Virus record (IMG/VR): IMGVR_UViG_3300032070_000730 | Source of the DNA: a virus | Taxonomy: Duplodnaviria > Heunggongvirae > Uroviricota > Caudoviricetes | DNA length: 64,000 nucleotides | Strand: one strand, 5' to 3' | Shown: positions 1 through 9,329 of the stretch, one piece after another | Position numbering within the stretch: the stretch's first letter is position 1 | How the letters are laid out: each line of letters opens with the position of its first letter | Notes under the pieces: model-generated | What the model saw: the letters and a program-made list of their open reading frames with translations, nothing else | Databases searched by the model: none | What the model was told of the DNA's origin: nothing | Translations under genes and position numbers: made by a program

Positions 1-27
1 TCATCGGTTGCAAATCCATATCACGAT

Positions 28-612
28 TCAAAACACTGCACCTTTGTCCGTCATCTCTACTATTTCAAACAAACCATATCCTTTTCTAAACGCCCCTGTC
101 CCTTCGCATGTTCCTGCAAGAGCGAACCATTTCTTGAAAACTCCGAGTTTTACTGCACTTTCTGGGATGTATATTGACCCGAAAAATTCTATTGGTGCTT
201 TTAGCATTTCAAAATTGCTTTTTCTTCCAACCGCCACCCCCCTCGTTTTCGGTTGTATCTTCATCTCAAGTTTCTCTGGTTTTGAACCATTTGTCTCAAC
301 TGCAAAGTTTGTATATTTCAACCACTTTGTTGCAACAATCGAACTAAATTTAACCATATTGCTTGTTTCTCTTAACATCGCTCTTATCCAGATGGCGGGA
401 AAAAAAATCTTTCCTTTTTCGTCTCTGTCAAACACATTTATTTGCTCACAGTCATATTCCAAACATTTTTCTGGATTTCCCGTCTTACCGCCAAGAATCG
501 GCATTGTCGTTCTTGCACGGACAAAAATTTCATGATAATCGTAGTATTTCATTTTTTCCTTTTTTGCGTCTTCTTCTTCAGTTATTGTTTCTATTATTTC
601 TTGTTTTTTCAT
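28..612 (-). CDS. hypothetical protein with C-terminal glycine-rich loop (RAMP/Cas6-like G-loop?)
   Basis: 194-aa ORF; C-terminal LAGTCEGTGAFRKGYGLFEI resembles the GhGxxxxGhG loop of RAMP proteins. No CRISPR nearby. The overlapping + strand ORF 8..535 is low-complexity. Confidence 0.3.
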   Translation of the reverse strand: MKKQEIIETITEEEDAKKEKMKYYDYHEIFVRARTTMPILGGKTGNPEKCLEYDCEQINVFDRDEKGKIFFPAIWIRAMLRETSNMVKFSSIVATKWLKYTNFAVETNGSKPEKLEMKIQPKTRGVAVGRKSNFEMLKAPIEFFGSIYIPESAVKLGVFKKWFALAGTCEGTGAFRKGYGLFEIVEMTDKGAVF

Positions 613-930
613 AGTTTCACCACTTGATAGTAAAGATTATAAGTATTTAAATTTGTTCTATCACTCATAACACAAGAAGACAATGTAACGCCTAATTGGG
701 AGTATATCCCTTTAAATCTTTAAGGTTTAAAGGAATTTTATGGCAATACCAAAATATTACTGTATGACCTGCGAAAAAGAACTTATCGAAGGGAAAACCG
801 TCAAAAAAAATGGCACATGCAAGTTTGCGATGATTGCAGGGGCGTTCTGATTAATTACGAAAGGAAAAGGAACGAAATCGATAAAATAACAAGAGAAAGA
901 ATAAAAACAATTGGTTGGTGAGGGAGAAAA

Positions 931-1344
931 ATGAGTGAAAGATATTATTTAACGGGGTGTCAAGTTGGAATCCTTAAAGCCATTAGAAACCACTGCGAAC
1001 CGTTTAAAGAGATAGATGAGATATTGAAAGAAGTCATGGACAAGCAGTTTATAGGGAACATGCCGATGCCTTATGAAGATTACGGGATAGTAATCGTGAA
1101 GAAAGAAAAGTTGCCAGAGTTTATCAAAGACGGTATATGCACAAACAAGGGGAAAATCATCTGCAATCTCGGTTATGCTTGCGATGCCTGTCCGTTCAAC
1201 TATGAAAGGGTCGTCTCAATCAGCCTTGCTGTGGATGAAGGCAATACTCATATAACAAAACTTGAAAGACATCTGATAGAAGAAGAAATCACAAAAACAA
1301 TTGAACAACTTGGAATGAAAGTCAAGAAATTTGAGATGCCATGA
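931..1344 (+). CDS. hypothetical Cys-rich protein
   Basis: 137 aa; CNLGYACDACP cysteine cluster. Confidence 0.35.
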   Translation: MSERYYLTGCQVGILKAIRNHCEPFKEIDEILKEVMDKQFIGNMPMPYEDYGIVIVKKEKLPEFIKDGICTNKGKIICNLGYACDACPFNYERVVSISLAVDEGNTHITKLERHLIEEEITKTIEQLGMKVKKFEMP

Positions 1345-1433
1345 AATTCAAAGCAACTACGATGGATGTTTTACCTGACGGAACTATTATTGAAATTGAT
1401 GAATATAATAATACTTACAGAGTGATTAAAACC

Positions 1434-1447
1434 CCATAAATTTATGG
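1434..1447. promoter_or_regulatory. perfect 14-bp palindrome CCATAAATTTATGG in a 340-bp intergenic region upstream of tandem RHH genes
   Basis: Seen directly; candidate operator for the downstream ribbon-helix-helix proteins. Confidence 0.3.
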
Positions 1448-1723
1448 AGTGTTCCATCGGAAATGAAGGATTTTTGTATAAAAATTTGATAGGTCAATTT
1501 GTTTAGTTCAGATTTCGGTGGTCTAATTTTTTATACAATTTTGGCATATTTTTGACCAAATTTTCTCATTTTTGGGAAAAAATCTCCCCGAAAACCAAAC
1601 TGAAAATGACTGAACTACCATAGTTCACTTAACTCACTCATTCTTAAAATCCGTTTTAAAATCCTTTTATATATATTAATAATTGTGCGTATGTATGTAT
1701 TATAAAACACAAGAAGTGGTATA

Positions 1724-1921
1724 ATGAAAGAAAAGCAAAGAATTAATTTAACGGTAAATAAGAGGGTTTGGAGCACATATCAAGAAATTTGCGATAGTGT
1801 AAAAATCTATACTAAAAATAAACATGCCTATATTCCAAGCCATCGGGTTGAAAAATTTATGCGAATGGATATAGAAGATTTGAGAAAAGAATTTAAAGGA
1901 AAAATATTTAAGATAGGGTGA
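1724..1921 (+). CDS. ribbon-helix-helix (CopG/Arc-like) DNA-binding protein
   Basis: 65 aa; INLTVNKRVWSTYQEIC matches an RHH strand-helix pattern; tandem paralog follows. Confidence 0.45.
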   Translation: MKEKQRINLTVNKRVWSTYQEICDSVKIYTKNKHAYIPSHRVEKFMRMDIEDLRKEFKGKIFKIG

Positions 1922-1925
1922 TGCA

Positions 1926-2159
1926 ATGGAAAAAAGAAAACAAGTTAAATTAACAATGGACGAAGAAATCTGGAAAAATTATAAACAACTTTGTGGAAAA
2001 GCACAACTTTCCGTTTCTGATGAACTTAAATGGTTTTTAAACCCAAGTAGAAGAATCGAGAGATTTATCAAGCGAGACATAGAAAAAATAAAAAGACAGT
2101 TCGGAAAAAAAATAAGAGAAGTGTGTGGTAATAAAGATGCATCCAATACCAAAAGATAA
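1926..2159 (+). CDS. ribbon-helix-helix DNA-binding protein (paralog of 1724..1921)
   Basis: VKLTMDEEIWKNYKQLC aligns with the upstream ORF. Confidence 0.45.
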   Translation: MEKRKQVKLTMDEEIWKNYKQLCGKAQLSVSDELKWFLNPSRRIERFIKRDIEKIKRQFGKKIREVCGNKDASNTKR

Positions 2160-2313
2160 AATTAATGAAATGAGAAAGGTCTTGAAGGAATACAAAGGCT
2201 GTATCAGAAGAACTTCCCTCATAACTGGTGTAAGCCCGTCTGCAATAAAAAAATACGCCAGAGACATAATTGAAGAAGAAAGAGAGAAGAATTCGATTTC
2301 AGTCAGAATTTAA
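2125..2313 (+). CDS. small HTH protein
   Basis: TSLITGVSPSAIKKYARD helix-turn-helix-like segment. Confidence 0.3.
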   Translation: MVIKMHPIPKDKINEMRKVLKEYKGCIRRTSLITGVSPSAIKKYARDIIEEEREKNSISVRI

Positions 2314-2644
2314 GTTCAAACCCATTAATATTTGCATTCTGAATGTTATTATATATCGTCGGAAAATTGACGAGTATGAACTGGCACTGGTTTTCTGTCA
2401 GGGTTTCGAGATGCCATTTCGGGCAGGAAACATAACATTTTTCAGTGAAATGACCATGACCATGATGAAAGACAAGAGTGAATCCAGTCTGGTTGTTAGA
2501 AGAACGAGTTATATATAGGACGACATCGCCGAAGCATATTTTCTTGATGATTTTTACTTCAACTCCATTGTCACGCTCAAATTCTGTCTTCCTATGCTCT
2601 ATAATCCTTTCCAATTCACTCAAATAAGTTCCAATGAGTGCCAT
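2303..2644 (-). CDS. hypothetical protein
   Basis: 113-aa ORF, first of a long minus-strand gene run; conflicting + ORF 2270..2518 judged less likely. Confidence 0.3.
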   Translation of the reverse strand: MALIGTYLSELERIIEHRKTEFERDNGVEVKIIKKICFGDVVLYITRSSNNQTGFTLVFHHGHGHFTEKCYVSCPKWHLETLTENQCQFILVNFPTIYNNIQNANINGFELKF

Positions 2645-2676
2645 AACAACCGATATTAATTTCGTTAAATGTTTAT

Positions 2677-3078
2677 TTATAATTCAGTTGTCTGTGAGCA
2701 ATGTTGCGTTGAAAAAACATATCCGCACATGTCTTTTATTATATTTTCCTCGCCTTTATGCTTTTCGGACAATTCAAACCCGATGAGCCTGTGCAGGCGT
2801 TCATGAGCATCAGTCACGATAAATCTAAATACAACATCAAAATCAAAATTTTCTCTGAAGTTAAATAAAAAGAATTCTATCCTGCTGTCAATAAACTTGT
2901 TTCGTATATGCTGTCCAGTCACACGCCTTCCATCATCAAAATTCCTAACCAGACTAAATATGGGAGTCAAAAGAATGTTCTCTTTATTGAACAACCGCTT
3001 TAGAAAAGTCTTCCATCTGTTGACATAATATACTTCAATGGTTGTTTTCATTCCAATCGTTCTTGTTGACTGTAGCAT
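2677..3078 (-). CDS. hypothetical protein
   Basis: 133-aa ORF. Confidence 0.3.
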   Translation of the reverse strand: MLQSTRTIGMKTTIEVYYVNRWKTFLKRLFNKENILLTPIFSLVRNFDDGRRVTGQHIRNKFIDSRIEFFLFNFRENFDFDVVFRFIVTDAHERLHRLIGFELSEKHKGEENIIKDMCGYVFSTQHCSQTTEL

Positions 3079-3484
3079 TTGGCATGTGCTTGAGTGCGTT
3101 TCTCATAAATCCCCTTTCAGCACTTGGACAAAAAAACATCTTGCAATACCATGTCCTTCTATCATAAATCCTGCAAGTCCCTTTTTCTTTGTCGTGCGAC
3201 ATGCACCTGAATTCTCCCTTCCCGTTGGGTTCAAAACTTAATCCCAGTTTCTCAAGATTTATTTTTACCATATTCGCAATATTTTCACAGCAAAATCCCT
3301 TACAAATTTCAACTACACAAATCGGTTCTTCCTTTACCTCTTCAATCGGCTCAAACTTTTCACAATGGCAATATCCATCTTCGTCATGATAAAAGCATTC
3401 AGTCCTTCCTTTAAAATTCCTATGGCTCATTTTAGGATGATTGCAAGTTCTGCATTTTGGCGGTCTATCTCTAAATATCGGCAT
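3035..3484 (-). CDS. Cys/His-rich zinc-binding protein
   Basis: CRTCNHPKMSH...CHCEKFEP...CKGFCCEN clusters. Confidence 0.35.
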   Translation of the reverse strand: MPIFRDRPPKCRTCNHPKMSHRNFKGRTECFYHDEDGYCHCEKFEPIEEVKEEPICVVEICKGFCCENIANMVKINLEKLGLSFEPNGKGEFRCMSHDKEKGTCRIYDRRTWYCKMFFCPSAERGFMRNALKHMPNATVNKNDWNENNH

Positions 3485-3790
3485 TTATTTCAGCCCCACC
3501 TTTTCATTAGATAGTTTCTCAAAGAGATAATCAATAATGTTGGATATGTCCGCACATTCTTCCTTCATCATCAAAATATCAAAGTTGTTGTATGCGTCTT
3601 TCAGTTCTTTCAATTCATCTTCAACACGGTTAATTAAAAAAATGAGAGATTGTTTATCATCATTATAGGGCTGTCGTGAATAGCCCTTCTCAATATGTGC
3701 AATAAAGTTCTTTTCCATTTTAAGCATTGCAAGGGATTTGATGTTTGGAAGTCGATGTTTCAACTGTTTGAATTTATCTTCTTCCACCAT
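3485..3790 (-). CDS. MazG-like nucleotide pyrophosphohydrolase (putative)
   Basis: 101 aa; KEECADISNIIDYLFEKL resembles the MazG/HisE EExxE/D helix. Confidence 0.35.
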   Translation of the reverse strand: MVEEDKFKQLKHRLPNIKSLAMLKMEKNFIAHIEKGYSRQPYNDDKQSLIFLINRVEDELKELKDAYNNFDILMMKEECADISNIIDYLFEKLSNEKVGLK

Positions 3791-3949
3791 TTTATCTACC
3801 TCTCTTTATCTTCTTTGAATTTTCTCTCTTCCAATTTGTATCACTCATTACCCCATATTTTTGACAAAATCCCTGATTTAATATTTGAATGAATAAACAA
3901 GTCCGATTAAATCTATGAGAGTTCATACAGTCTTCACATTCTTGTAATC

Positions 3950-4372
3950 TCATTTTTTATCATCCTTCTTCTTTGGAAACATTGATTTTGCTATGAGTTC
4001 TGGTGTAACCACTTCTACGCTATGGATTGTTATTATTGATTTATTATCCTTTGAATTTTCAGATGAGTATTTCTCCACCAGAACGGGGTCTTGCACCCCA
4101 TCTTTATTGCCTTTTGATACATCTATCGCAGACTCATTCTGTTCCTTTATCGGAATCTTGGATGTTTGTGGAATGCCATCCGATTCAACAAGAGATTTTA
4201 ATTCTGATATAATATCATCATAACCAAATAGATTTTTATCAAATCCTTTTTTATATGCTGGAAATGATTTTAATTCCTCAATCCTTTTCTCTATTTTAGT
4301 TATCCATTTATTTCTTTCATCTTTCACTCCATCCCCATACCACTTGTCAATATATTCAGCCATTCTTATCAC
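3950..4372 (-). CDS. hypothetical protein
   Basis: 140-aa charged ORF. Confidence 0.3.
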   Translation of the reverse strand: MIRMAEYIDKWYGDGVKDERNKWITKIEKRIEELKSFPAYKKGFDKNLFGYDDIISELKSLVESDGIPQTSKIPIKEQNESAIDVSKGNKDGVQDPVLVEKYSSENSKDNKSIITIHSVEVVTPELIAKSMFPKKKDDKK

Positions 4373-4883
4373 CTAAAAGAGATTTTAATCCTGCTCCTGT
4401 TATCCGTTTTAACTTTCCATTTTCCATTATTACTGCACTTACTATTGAATCAGTCTTCTTTCTCTGCAAATATAATTTCTTCTTGTTTTCATAAGCAATA
4501 AATTTTAAATCTTGGAGTTGCTCCGATAATCTTTTTATAGTATCCCTGAACTCTCCAATTTGTTCTTCGCTATACCATCTTTTAGAACCCTTTAATCTAT
4601 TGACTTCATTTCTTAATGTATTAACTTCTTCCATTCCACTATCTCGCCATTCGTCTCTATCTTTATTCAATCCTTCAATCTCTTTCTTGTATTCCTGCTC
4701 TTTCATGTTCTTTCCAAAATCTACTCCCAAATGCCAGATGCAAACAAAATTTGATAAGTGGCTTCTGATTATATTTTGGTCGTAACCATCAAATAAACTG
4801 CAACCATTATCCAATACAACAACTTTAAAACCATCTGATGCTTTCTTATTCTCGTCTTTGATTTTATTTTCTTCTTCCTTCAT
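4356..4883 (-). CDS. hypothetical coiled-coil protein
   Basis: 175 aa, K/E-rich heptad-like. Confidence 0.3.
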   Translation of the reverse strand: MKEEENKIKDENKKASDGFKVVVLDNGCSLFDGYDQNIIRSHLSNFVCIWHLGVDFGKNMKEQEYKKEIEGLNKDRDEWRDSGMEEVNTLRNEVNRLKGSKRWYSEEQIGEFRDTIKRLSEQLQDLKFIAYENKKKLYLQRKKTDSIVSAVIMENGKLKRITGAGLKSLLGDKNG

Positions 4884-5110
4884 TCTTTCAAACCCCCGTT
4901 ATTTTTCACAAACCACTCCCTCGTTGTTTTTCCCAAATTATATGGATATTTCTTTTCAATGAAATTTATCTCCTTGCGGTCTAATAATTTCTTCAGATTG
5001 ATAACTATCGTGTTGAGAGCCAATCTCCCATTCAGACTTTTATATATTTCATATTTAGTCAATGGTCTTTCAGACTCCTTTAACACTTTCAGTATATCAT
5101 CTTGGCTCAT
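4880..5110 (-). CDS. winged-helix DNA-binding protein
   Basis: 76 aa; PLTKYEIYKSLNGRLALNTIVINLKKLLDRKEI is wHTH-like. Confidence 0.4.
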   Translation of the reverse strand: MSQDDILKVLKESERPLTKYEIYKSLNGRLALNTIVINLKKLLDRKEINFIEKKYPYNLGKTTREWFVKNNGGLKE

Positions 5111-5249
5111 TTAGTTTATTCACCTTTTCGTTATACTCCGCAATAAACCAATCCTTGCCACAATCATTACACTGCATCACCCATCCATTTTCTTTAAATT
5201 CTATCGCACCTGTGTTTTTGCTTTTACAGTGCGGGCATTCTTCTTCCAT
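5100..5249 (-). CDS. small zinc-ribbon protein (not in ORF track)
   Basis: Read from reverse complement: MEEECPHCKSKNTGAIEFKENGWVMQCNDCGKDWF... has two CxxC pairs. Confidence 0.35.
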
Positions 5250-5254
5250 TCAAA

Positions 5255-5389
5255 TCACCAGTTATCAGACTTGTCCATAGCGAGTATCACAGCCGAGCAT
5301 TTGGCAATCTTGTGAAACTTTCTTTTGCAGGTTTTATTGTCACATCTGTCGCAAAACCTTTTCTTGAACTCTTCTATCGTTTCCTTCAT
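5255..5389 (-). CDS. small Cys-rich protein (not in ORF track)
   Basis: Reverse complement reads MKETIEEFKKRFCDRCDNKTCKRKFHKIAKCSAV... Confidence 0.3.
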   Translation of the reverse strand: MKETIEEFKKRFCDRCDNKTCKRKFHKIAKCSAVILAMDKSDNW

Positions 5390-5586
5390 CCATAACACCT
5401 ATGATAGATAATCTTCCTATGATAGACAATCTTGTTTTTAACTGCATGGCATTCCAGCAAGGAATGTTTTTTCAGATGCAACTTGTTTGCTATCTTCTTT
5501 GGAATCGTAATCCAGAATGTATTACCGTCGCTCCTTACTTTATACACTGGAACTTTTACAACAAATGTTACTTTATGTCTCGCCAT
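5386..5586 (-). CDS. AbrB/SpoVT-type swapped-hairpin DNA-binding protein
   Basis: 66 aa; TFWITIPKKIANKLHLKKHSLLE resembles the AbrB/MazE fold. Confidence 0.4.
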   Translation of the reverse strand: MARHKVTFVVKVPVYKVRSDGNTFWITIPKKIANKLHLKKHSLLECHAVKNKIVYHRKIIYHRCYG

Positions 5587-5795
5587 CTCAATTCCTCTAT
5601 AATCCTAAACCCGTCAAACAAATAACCAGAATCTGTGGTGTTGGTCATACTATGGGTAACAATAAAATAATTAATATATGGTGCTAATAACCAATTATAC
5701 AAGGGAAATGCTACGAAAAATGTTAGGAACAAAACTAAAAAAAGATAAAGATAAAATTTAACCAAACCAACACCCAAAAACTTCTCTTCTTTCAT
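5568..5795 (-). CDS. small membrane protein
   Basis: Hydrophobic LYLFLVLFLTFFVAFPLY segment. Confidence 0.3.
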   Translation of the reverse strand: MKEEKFLGVGLVKFYLYLFLVLFLTFFVAFPLYNWLLAPYINYFIVTHSMTNTTDSGYLFDGFRIIEELRWRDIK

Positions 5796-5830
5796 TTCAA
5801 ATCCACCCTTCTATGGAGTATAAACATGGA

Positions 5831-6070
5831 CTATACCTTTTGTTTTGATATTTCTTCTATGGTAAATTTTATAATGTTCTTTATCAATTTATCTATGTCA
5901 ATGCCTGATAAGGATGTTTTACTATCAAATTGGGAAAAATCTGTCGTTCTATCCCATTTTCTAAATATCTGTTCTACTTCCCCCTTTCCCTTCATGCATT
6001 CGTTTTTCTTGATGTTATAATCCTTACAATCCCTGCAATCGAAAATGCAATCTCTTCTGTTTTTAGTCAT
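5831..6070 (-). CDS. hypothetical Cys-containing protein
   Basis: 79 aa; CIFDCRDCKD...C. Confidence 0.3.
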   Translation of the reverse strand: MTKNRRDCIFDCRDCKDYNIKKNECMKGKGEVEQIFRKWDRTTDFSQFDSKTSLSGIDIDKLIKNIIKFTIEEISKQKV

Positions 6071-6291
6071 GTTCTAACCTTTTCTCCCTGAATCTTTTTG
6101 ATTAAATCTTCAACGTTACATTTTTTGCATAAATCAATTGTCTTTCTCCCGATTATCTTTGCAACATCATCAGACACTATACCATGAAACAAAGCATATC
6201 CACCACAGACCTTGCAGGTAGTAAAATCCTTCATTATCTCCTCGACTATTTCTTCATTTGATTTTTTTGTTTTCTTGTTCAATTTCATCAT
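6067..6291 (-). CDS. zinc-ribbon protein
   Basis: CKVCGGYALFHG ... CKKCN. Confidence 0.3.
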   Translation of the reverse strand: MMKLNKKTKKSNEEIVEEIMKDFTTCKVCGGYALFHGIVSDDVAKIIGRKTIDLCKKCNVEDLIKKIQGEKVRT

Positions 6292-6556
6292 CTTCTTTTT
6301 GCAGTTCCTTCGCTAAAATTTCTTTCTTGCATACGACCAAACAAAAAACTTTGGAATTTAACACATCCACGATTGAGTCTGGATGAAGGAATGAATATTG
6401 GTTGACTACCATAGAGACCTTTAAATTTCTTTTCTTGTTACCAGCAGTTAGGCTGTTTAAGATGTTAGATATTACAACAAACTCATCGTCTTTTATCAAT
6501 TCTTCTATGACTTTTAAGAAGACCTTTTTGCTATAAACCACTGTTGTCCCAACCAT
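6254..6556 (-). CDS. hypothetical protein
   Basis: 100-aa ORF. Confidence 0.3.
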   Translation of the reverse strand: MVGTTVVYSKKVFLKVIEELIKDDEFVVISNILNSLTAGNKKRNLKVSMVVNQYSFLHPDSIVDVLNSKVFCLVVCKKEILAKELQKEDDEIEQENKKIK

Positions 6557-6796
6557 TTAATCTTCCCCTCTCATTTTCCAATCCTTGCACCCCTTCCCGC
6601 TCATCCAACTCATCGTATATTTGTGCTTGTTGCAGAATATTGTCGCATCCACCGCATTAGCAAACTCACAGGTCTTACAATAATGTCTATGTTGTTTTAT
6701 CTTGTTCATAACTATACACCGTATTTTTTTCTTCTTTCCTCTATGATACCGATTGCAACGTTCAGTGAGCATTGCTGTTTTGTTGCTCGCTGGCAT
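6557..6796 (-). CDS. Cys/His-rich small protein
   Basis: CNRYHRGKKKKIRC...HRHYCKTCEF. Confidence 0.3.
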   Translation of the reverse strand: MPASNKTAMLTERCNRYHRGKKKKIRCIVMNKIKQHRHYCKTCEFANAVDATIFCNKHKYTMSWMSGKGCKDWKMRGED

Positions 6797-6884
6797 TCCC
6801 TTATTTTATCTTCTATGTCATCCAGAATCTTCCCGCAGACTATTTTCGTATCTGCACTTGATTTTCCTTCTGATTTCATACTAT

Positions 6885-7208
6885 TCAAACTCTTTCAAAT
6901 TTCAAACGATAATCAGTTATTGATGTAGAACCATATTTCTTGATGAAAAAATCTTTAATAGTTTCCCATTTTTTAAATCCTTCTAAATGTGCTTCTGTTT
7001 CTGTATTTGCTACTCCCTGACCAAAATACAGTTCTTTTCTACAATCTAATATTTTAATATGACCAATTGCTTTCGATGTTCTTTTTGGTTGTATTGCCCT
7101 TATCGAACCTATGGATTGTGGTTTTAATCTTCTTGTTACTGTCTTTTTTCCATCTAATACAAGTTTCCATAAAGGTTCTCCATCTTCATTGATTGCTGAA
7201 AATATCAT
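6885..7208 (-). CDS. ASCH (PUA-like) domain protein
   Basis: 107 aa; LVLDGKKTVTRRLKP matches the ASCH GKKT-E/R core. Confidence 0.45.
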   Translation of the reverse strand: MIFSAINEDGEPLWKLVLDGKKTVTRRLKPQSIGSIRAIQPKRTSKAIGHIKILDCRKELYFGQGVANTETEAHLEGFKKWETIKDFFIKKYGSTSITDYRLKFERV

Positions 7209-7759
7209 AATCTTTTCACTTCCTTTTTATTTCCTGTGGTCTCGTATATTTTTTTATCTGATATGGGAATCGTCTGGTCTTTTAACCATGATTTAACAAT
7301 TTCCCGTTCCTCTGGTTTAATATATTTCCCAAGCAATGTTTTCAATATCCCCTCTTCCGTGCAAGCAATCATTTTGTCTCCTTTATATAACCCACGACCA
7401 TCTGCATGAAGAATCATTCCCCTGTTTCTTGCTTCAGTGCAGAGCCTTTTATTATGTTCTGCCGAACCAGTCCTAATCAATCTCAAGACTTCAAAGTTAC
7501 CTTCATTTGCGTAATATATATCGATTTGAACATTTTTGTAGATTAACTGGGTCATTTTAACCCCGCTTCTCAAAATATTCGCTCCAGTCAACGAATGCAA
7601 TGAATTATAGAAAGATATTTTTGGTATCACTACAAAATCCAAGTCATTTACAATCGGTCTCTTCCTTCTTATAGAGCCAACAACCTCGACTTTGAACGCA
7701 TTCTTCAAAAAGAAAAATTTCAGTTCTTGAGCCATAACATTAGCCTCTTCAAACGGCAT
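7205..7759 (-). CDS. Pol-beta-superfamily nucleotidyltransferase
   Basis: GSIRRKRPIVNDLDFVV matches the minimal NTase GS-x9-13-DhD motif. Confidence 0.5.
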   Translation of the reverse strand: MPFEEANVMAQELKFFFLKNAFKVEVVGSIRRKRPIVNDLDFVVIPKISFYNSLHSLTGANILRSGVKMTQLIYKNVQIDIYYANEGNFEVLRLIRTGSAEHNKRLCTEARNRGMILHADGRGLYKGDKMIACTEEGILKTLLGKYIKPEEREIVKSWLKDQTIPISDKKIYETTGNKKEVKRL

Positions 7760-7995
7760 GCGATTTTTTAATGTTGTTATTTAAATCACCTCTATTTTTT
7801 ACCTTTACATTTTGGTCTGTGCAATTCTAACAGTCTTTTCTTTCTAAACCATCTTCCGCACCGCTCGCATATCATGGTTTTAACTCCTTGATTTTAACAT
7901 TATTTTAATAGCAGTTTGTAAACCTTTTGGTTTTTTCTTCTTTACTTTTATTTTTCTCCAAAAACCTTTAATCCAAATTCTTCTGTAATTTTTCA

Positions 7996-8517
7996 TTAAT
8001 TCCAGTCTCCAAACCCTATAAAAACATGTTTCATCTTTTCTTTATCAAATTTTTTGTCAGATAAAATTTTTTCAAGTTCTTCAAATGTTTTATATTCTTT
8101 AAACATCATTCTTATCATTGAAATGAGTTTTATTAAGTCAACGAATGATATATGTTTTGTAAGGATGAACCTTCCTTCCTGCAAGTTGACTTTTAACTTT
8201 TTTATTCCCTTGTCATTTGCTATTCTAATCCTGTGGAAACCGTTATTTAGCATATAAATTGTCCCTTCTTTCTTTAAATCAAGCGGTTCGCATTTGTTTA
8301 TGTTCCATTCATCAAATAATTTTTTCAGTCGTGCAGATTTTTCATAGGCATCTTTGTCATAGATAATGTCTTTCATGCATTCATTGTCTTCCTCGTTTCT
8401 ATAAGGAGCGTCTTCACGAGCCAATTCAAACAAAAAATCAACATCCATCTCTATTATCTTTTTGGATTCAGTCGTAAATCCGATAAACATTTCTGTTATA
8501 AATTTACGCAATGCCAT
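7996..8517 (-). CDS. ParB/sulfiredoxin-like nuclease domain protein
   Basis: YMLNNGFHRIRIANDKGIKKLKV resembles the ParB N-domain (G-HR...A). Confidence 0.4.
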   Translation of the reverse strand: MALRKFITEMFIGFTTESKKIIEMDVDFLFELAREDAPYRNEEDNECMKDIIYDKDAYEKSARLKKLFDEWNINKCEPLDLKKEGTIYMLNNGFHRIRIANDKGIKKLKVNLQEGRFILTKHISFVDLIKLISMIRMMFKEYKTFEELEKILSDKKFDKEKMKHVFIGFGDWN

Positions 8518-8694
8518 GTTTATCCGTGCCTCATTTTGGTTTTATCCATTTTTCAAGTTCTGCTATCAAGAATCTTGCTTTGGGATAACCTTTGCTGTTA
8601 TATTTCACATTTTTTAATTTCCTAATAATTTTTTTTATATCACTTACTTTTATGACCCATTCATCGGGAAACAAATCACCGACCTGATACAGTT

Positions 8695-8931
8695 TCATCT
8701 TAATCCTCTATATTCTGAACTTCTCCATCTTTCAAAACATTCTCCAACCAATGTGGTATTTAATTTATCAAAAGTTGTCATAGGTTCACATTCAGTATGG
8801 AATATCCAAGTTTTCCATGTAGTTCCTATACAGTGGCAGTAATTGATTATATTGTAATTAAGAACGTAGAAAATAGCAATAGATAAAAACAATAATGTTA
8901 TTGATGCGACCAGAAATTTGTGAATCTTCAT
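8695..8931 (-). CDS. small membrane protein
   Basis: N-terminal TM helix. Confidence 0.3.
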   Translation of the reverse strand: MKIHKFLVASITLLFLSIAIFYVLNYNIINYCHCIGTTWKTWIFHTECEPMTTFDKLNTTLVGECFERWRSSEYRGLR

Positions 8932-9329
8932 CTTTTCAGTCTCTCTGTCTTTATCTTGACTATGCTTTGGAAAAATCCAGTCAAAAATCCAAGAGTAGCA
9001 CCGATTTCAACAATTCTATTGCTTGCATCAATCTTGAAAAGTGTTTTCATCCCGATGACTACCATGTTTCCAAGAGGTGTCAGAGAAATTAAATATCCAG
9101 TCACAGCACCAAGAAAAGTATCAAGAATAATCAGAATAAAAATAAAGAAAGCAAAGACTACACTATATCCGAGTAATGTAAATATATCTTCAAATAAACC
9201 CATTCTTCTCGACCTTCTTCTTAAATTTACAATCATTTGGATGCCATGAGAGTTCTCCACGAGCACAATCCAGCAAAACCCATTTGTCGTTCTTCGCCTT
9301 GCAGAAATCAACAGACCAATAACCATCAA
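8928..9329 (-). CDS. membrane protein (true start probably the internal Met near 9203)
   Basis: 3 predicted TM segments; 5' part overlaps next ORF. Confidence 0.3.
   Translation of the reverse strand: MMVIGLLISARRRTTNGFCWIVLVENSHGIQMIVNLRRRSRRMGLFEDIFTLLGYSVVFAFFIFILIILDTFLGAVTGYLISLTPLGNMVVIGMKTLFKIDASNRIVEIGATLGFLTGFFQSIVKIKTERLKR

Noticed and set aside
8-535. Plus-strand ORF 8..535 as a gene
   Set aside because: Low-complexity, Ser/Phe/Leu-rich translation lying entirely antisense to the better-supported minus-strand ORF 28..612.
2270-2518. Plus-strand ORF 2270..2518
   Set aside because: Overlaps the minus-strand ORF 2303..2644, which sits in a long co-directional minus gene run; the plus ORF translation is low-complexity. 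Kept the minus ORF, at low confidence.
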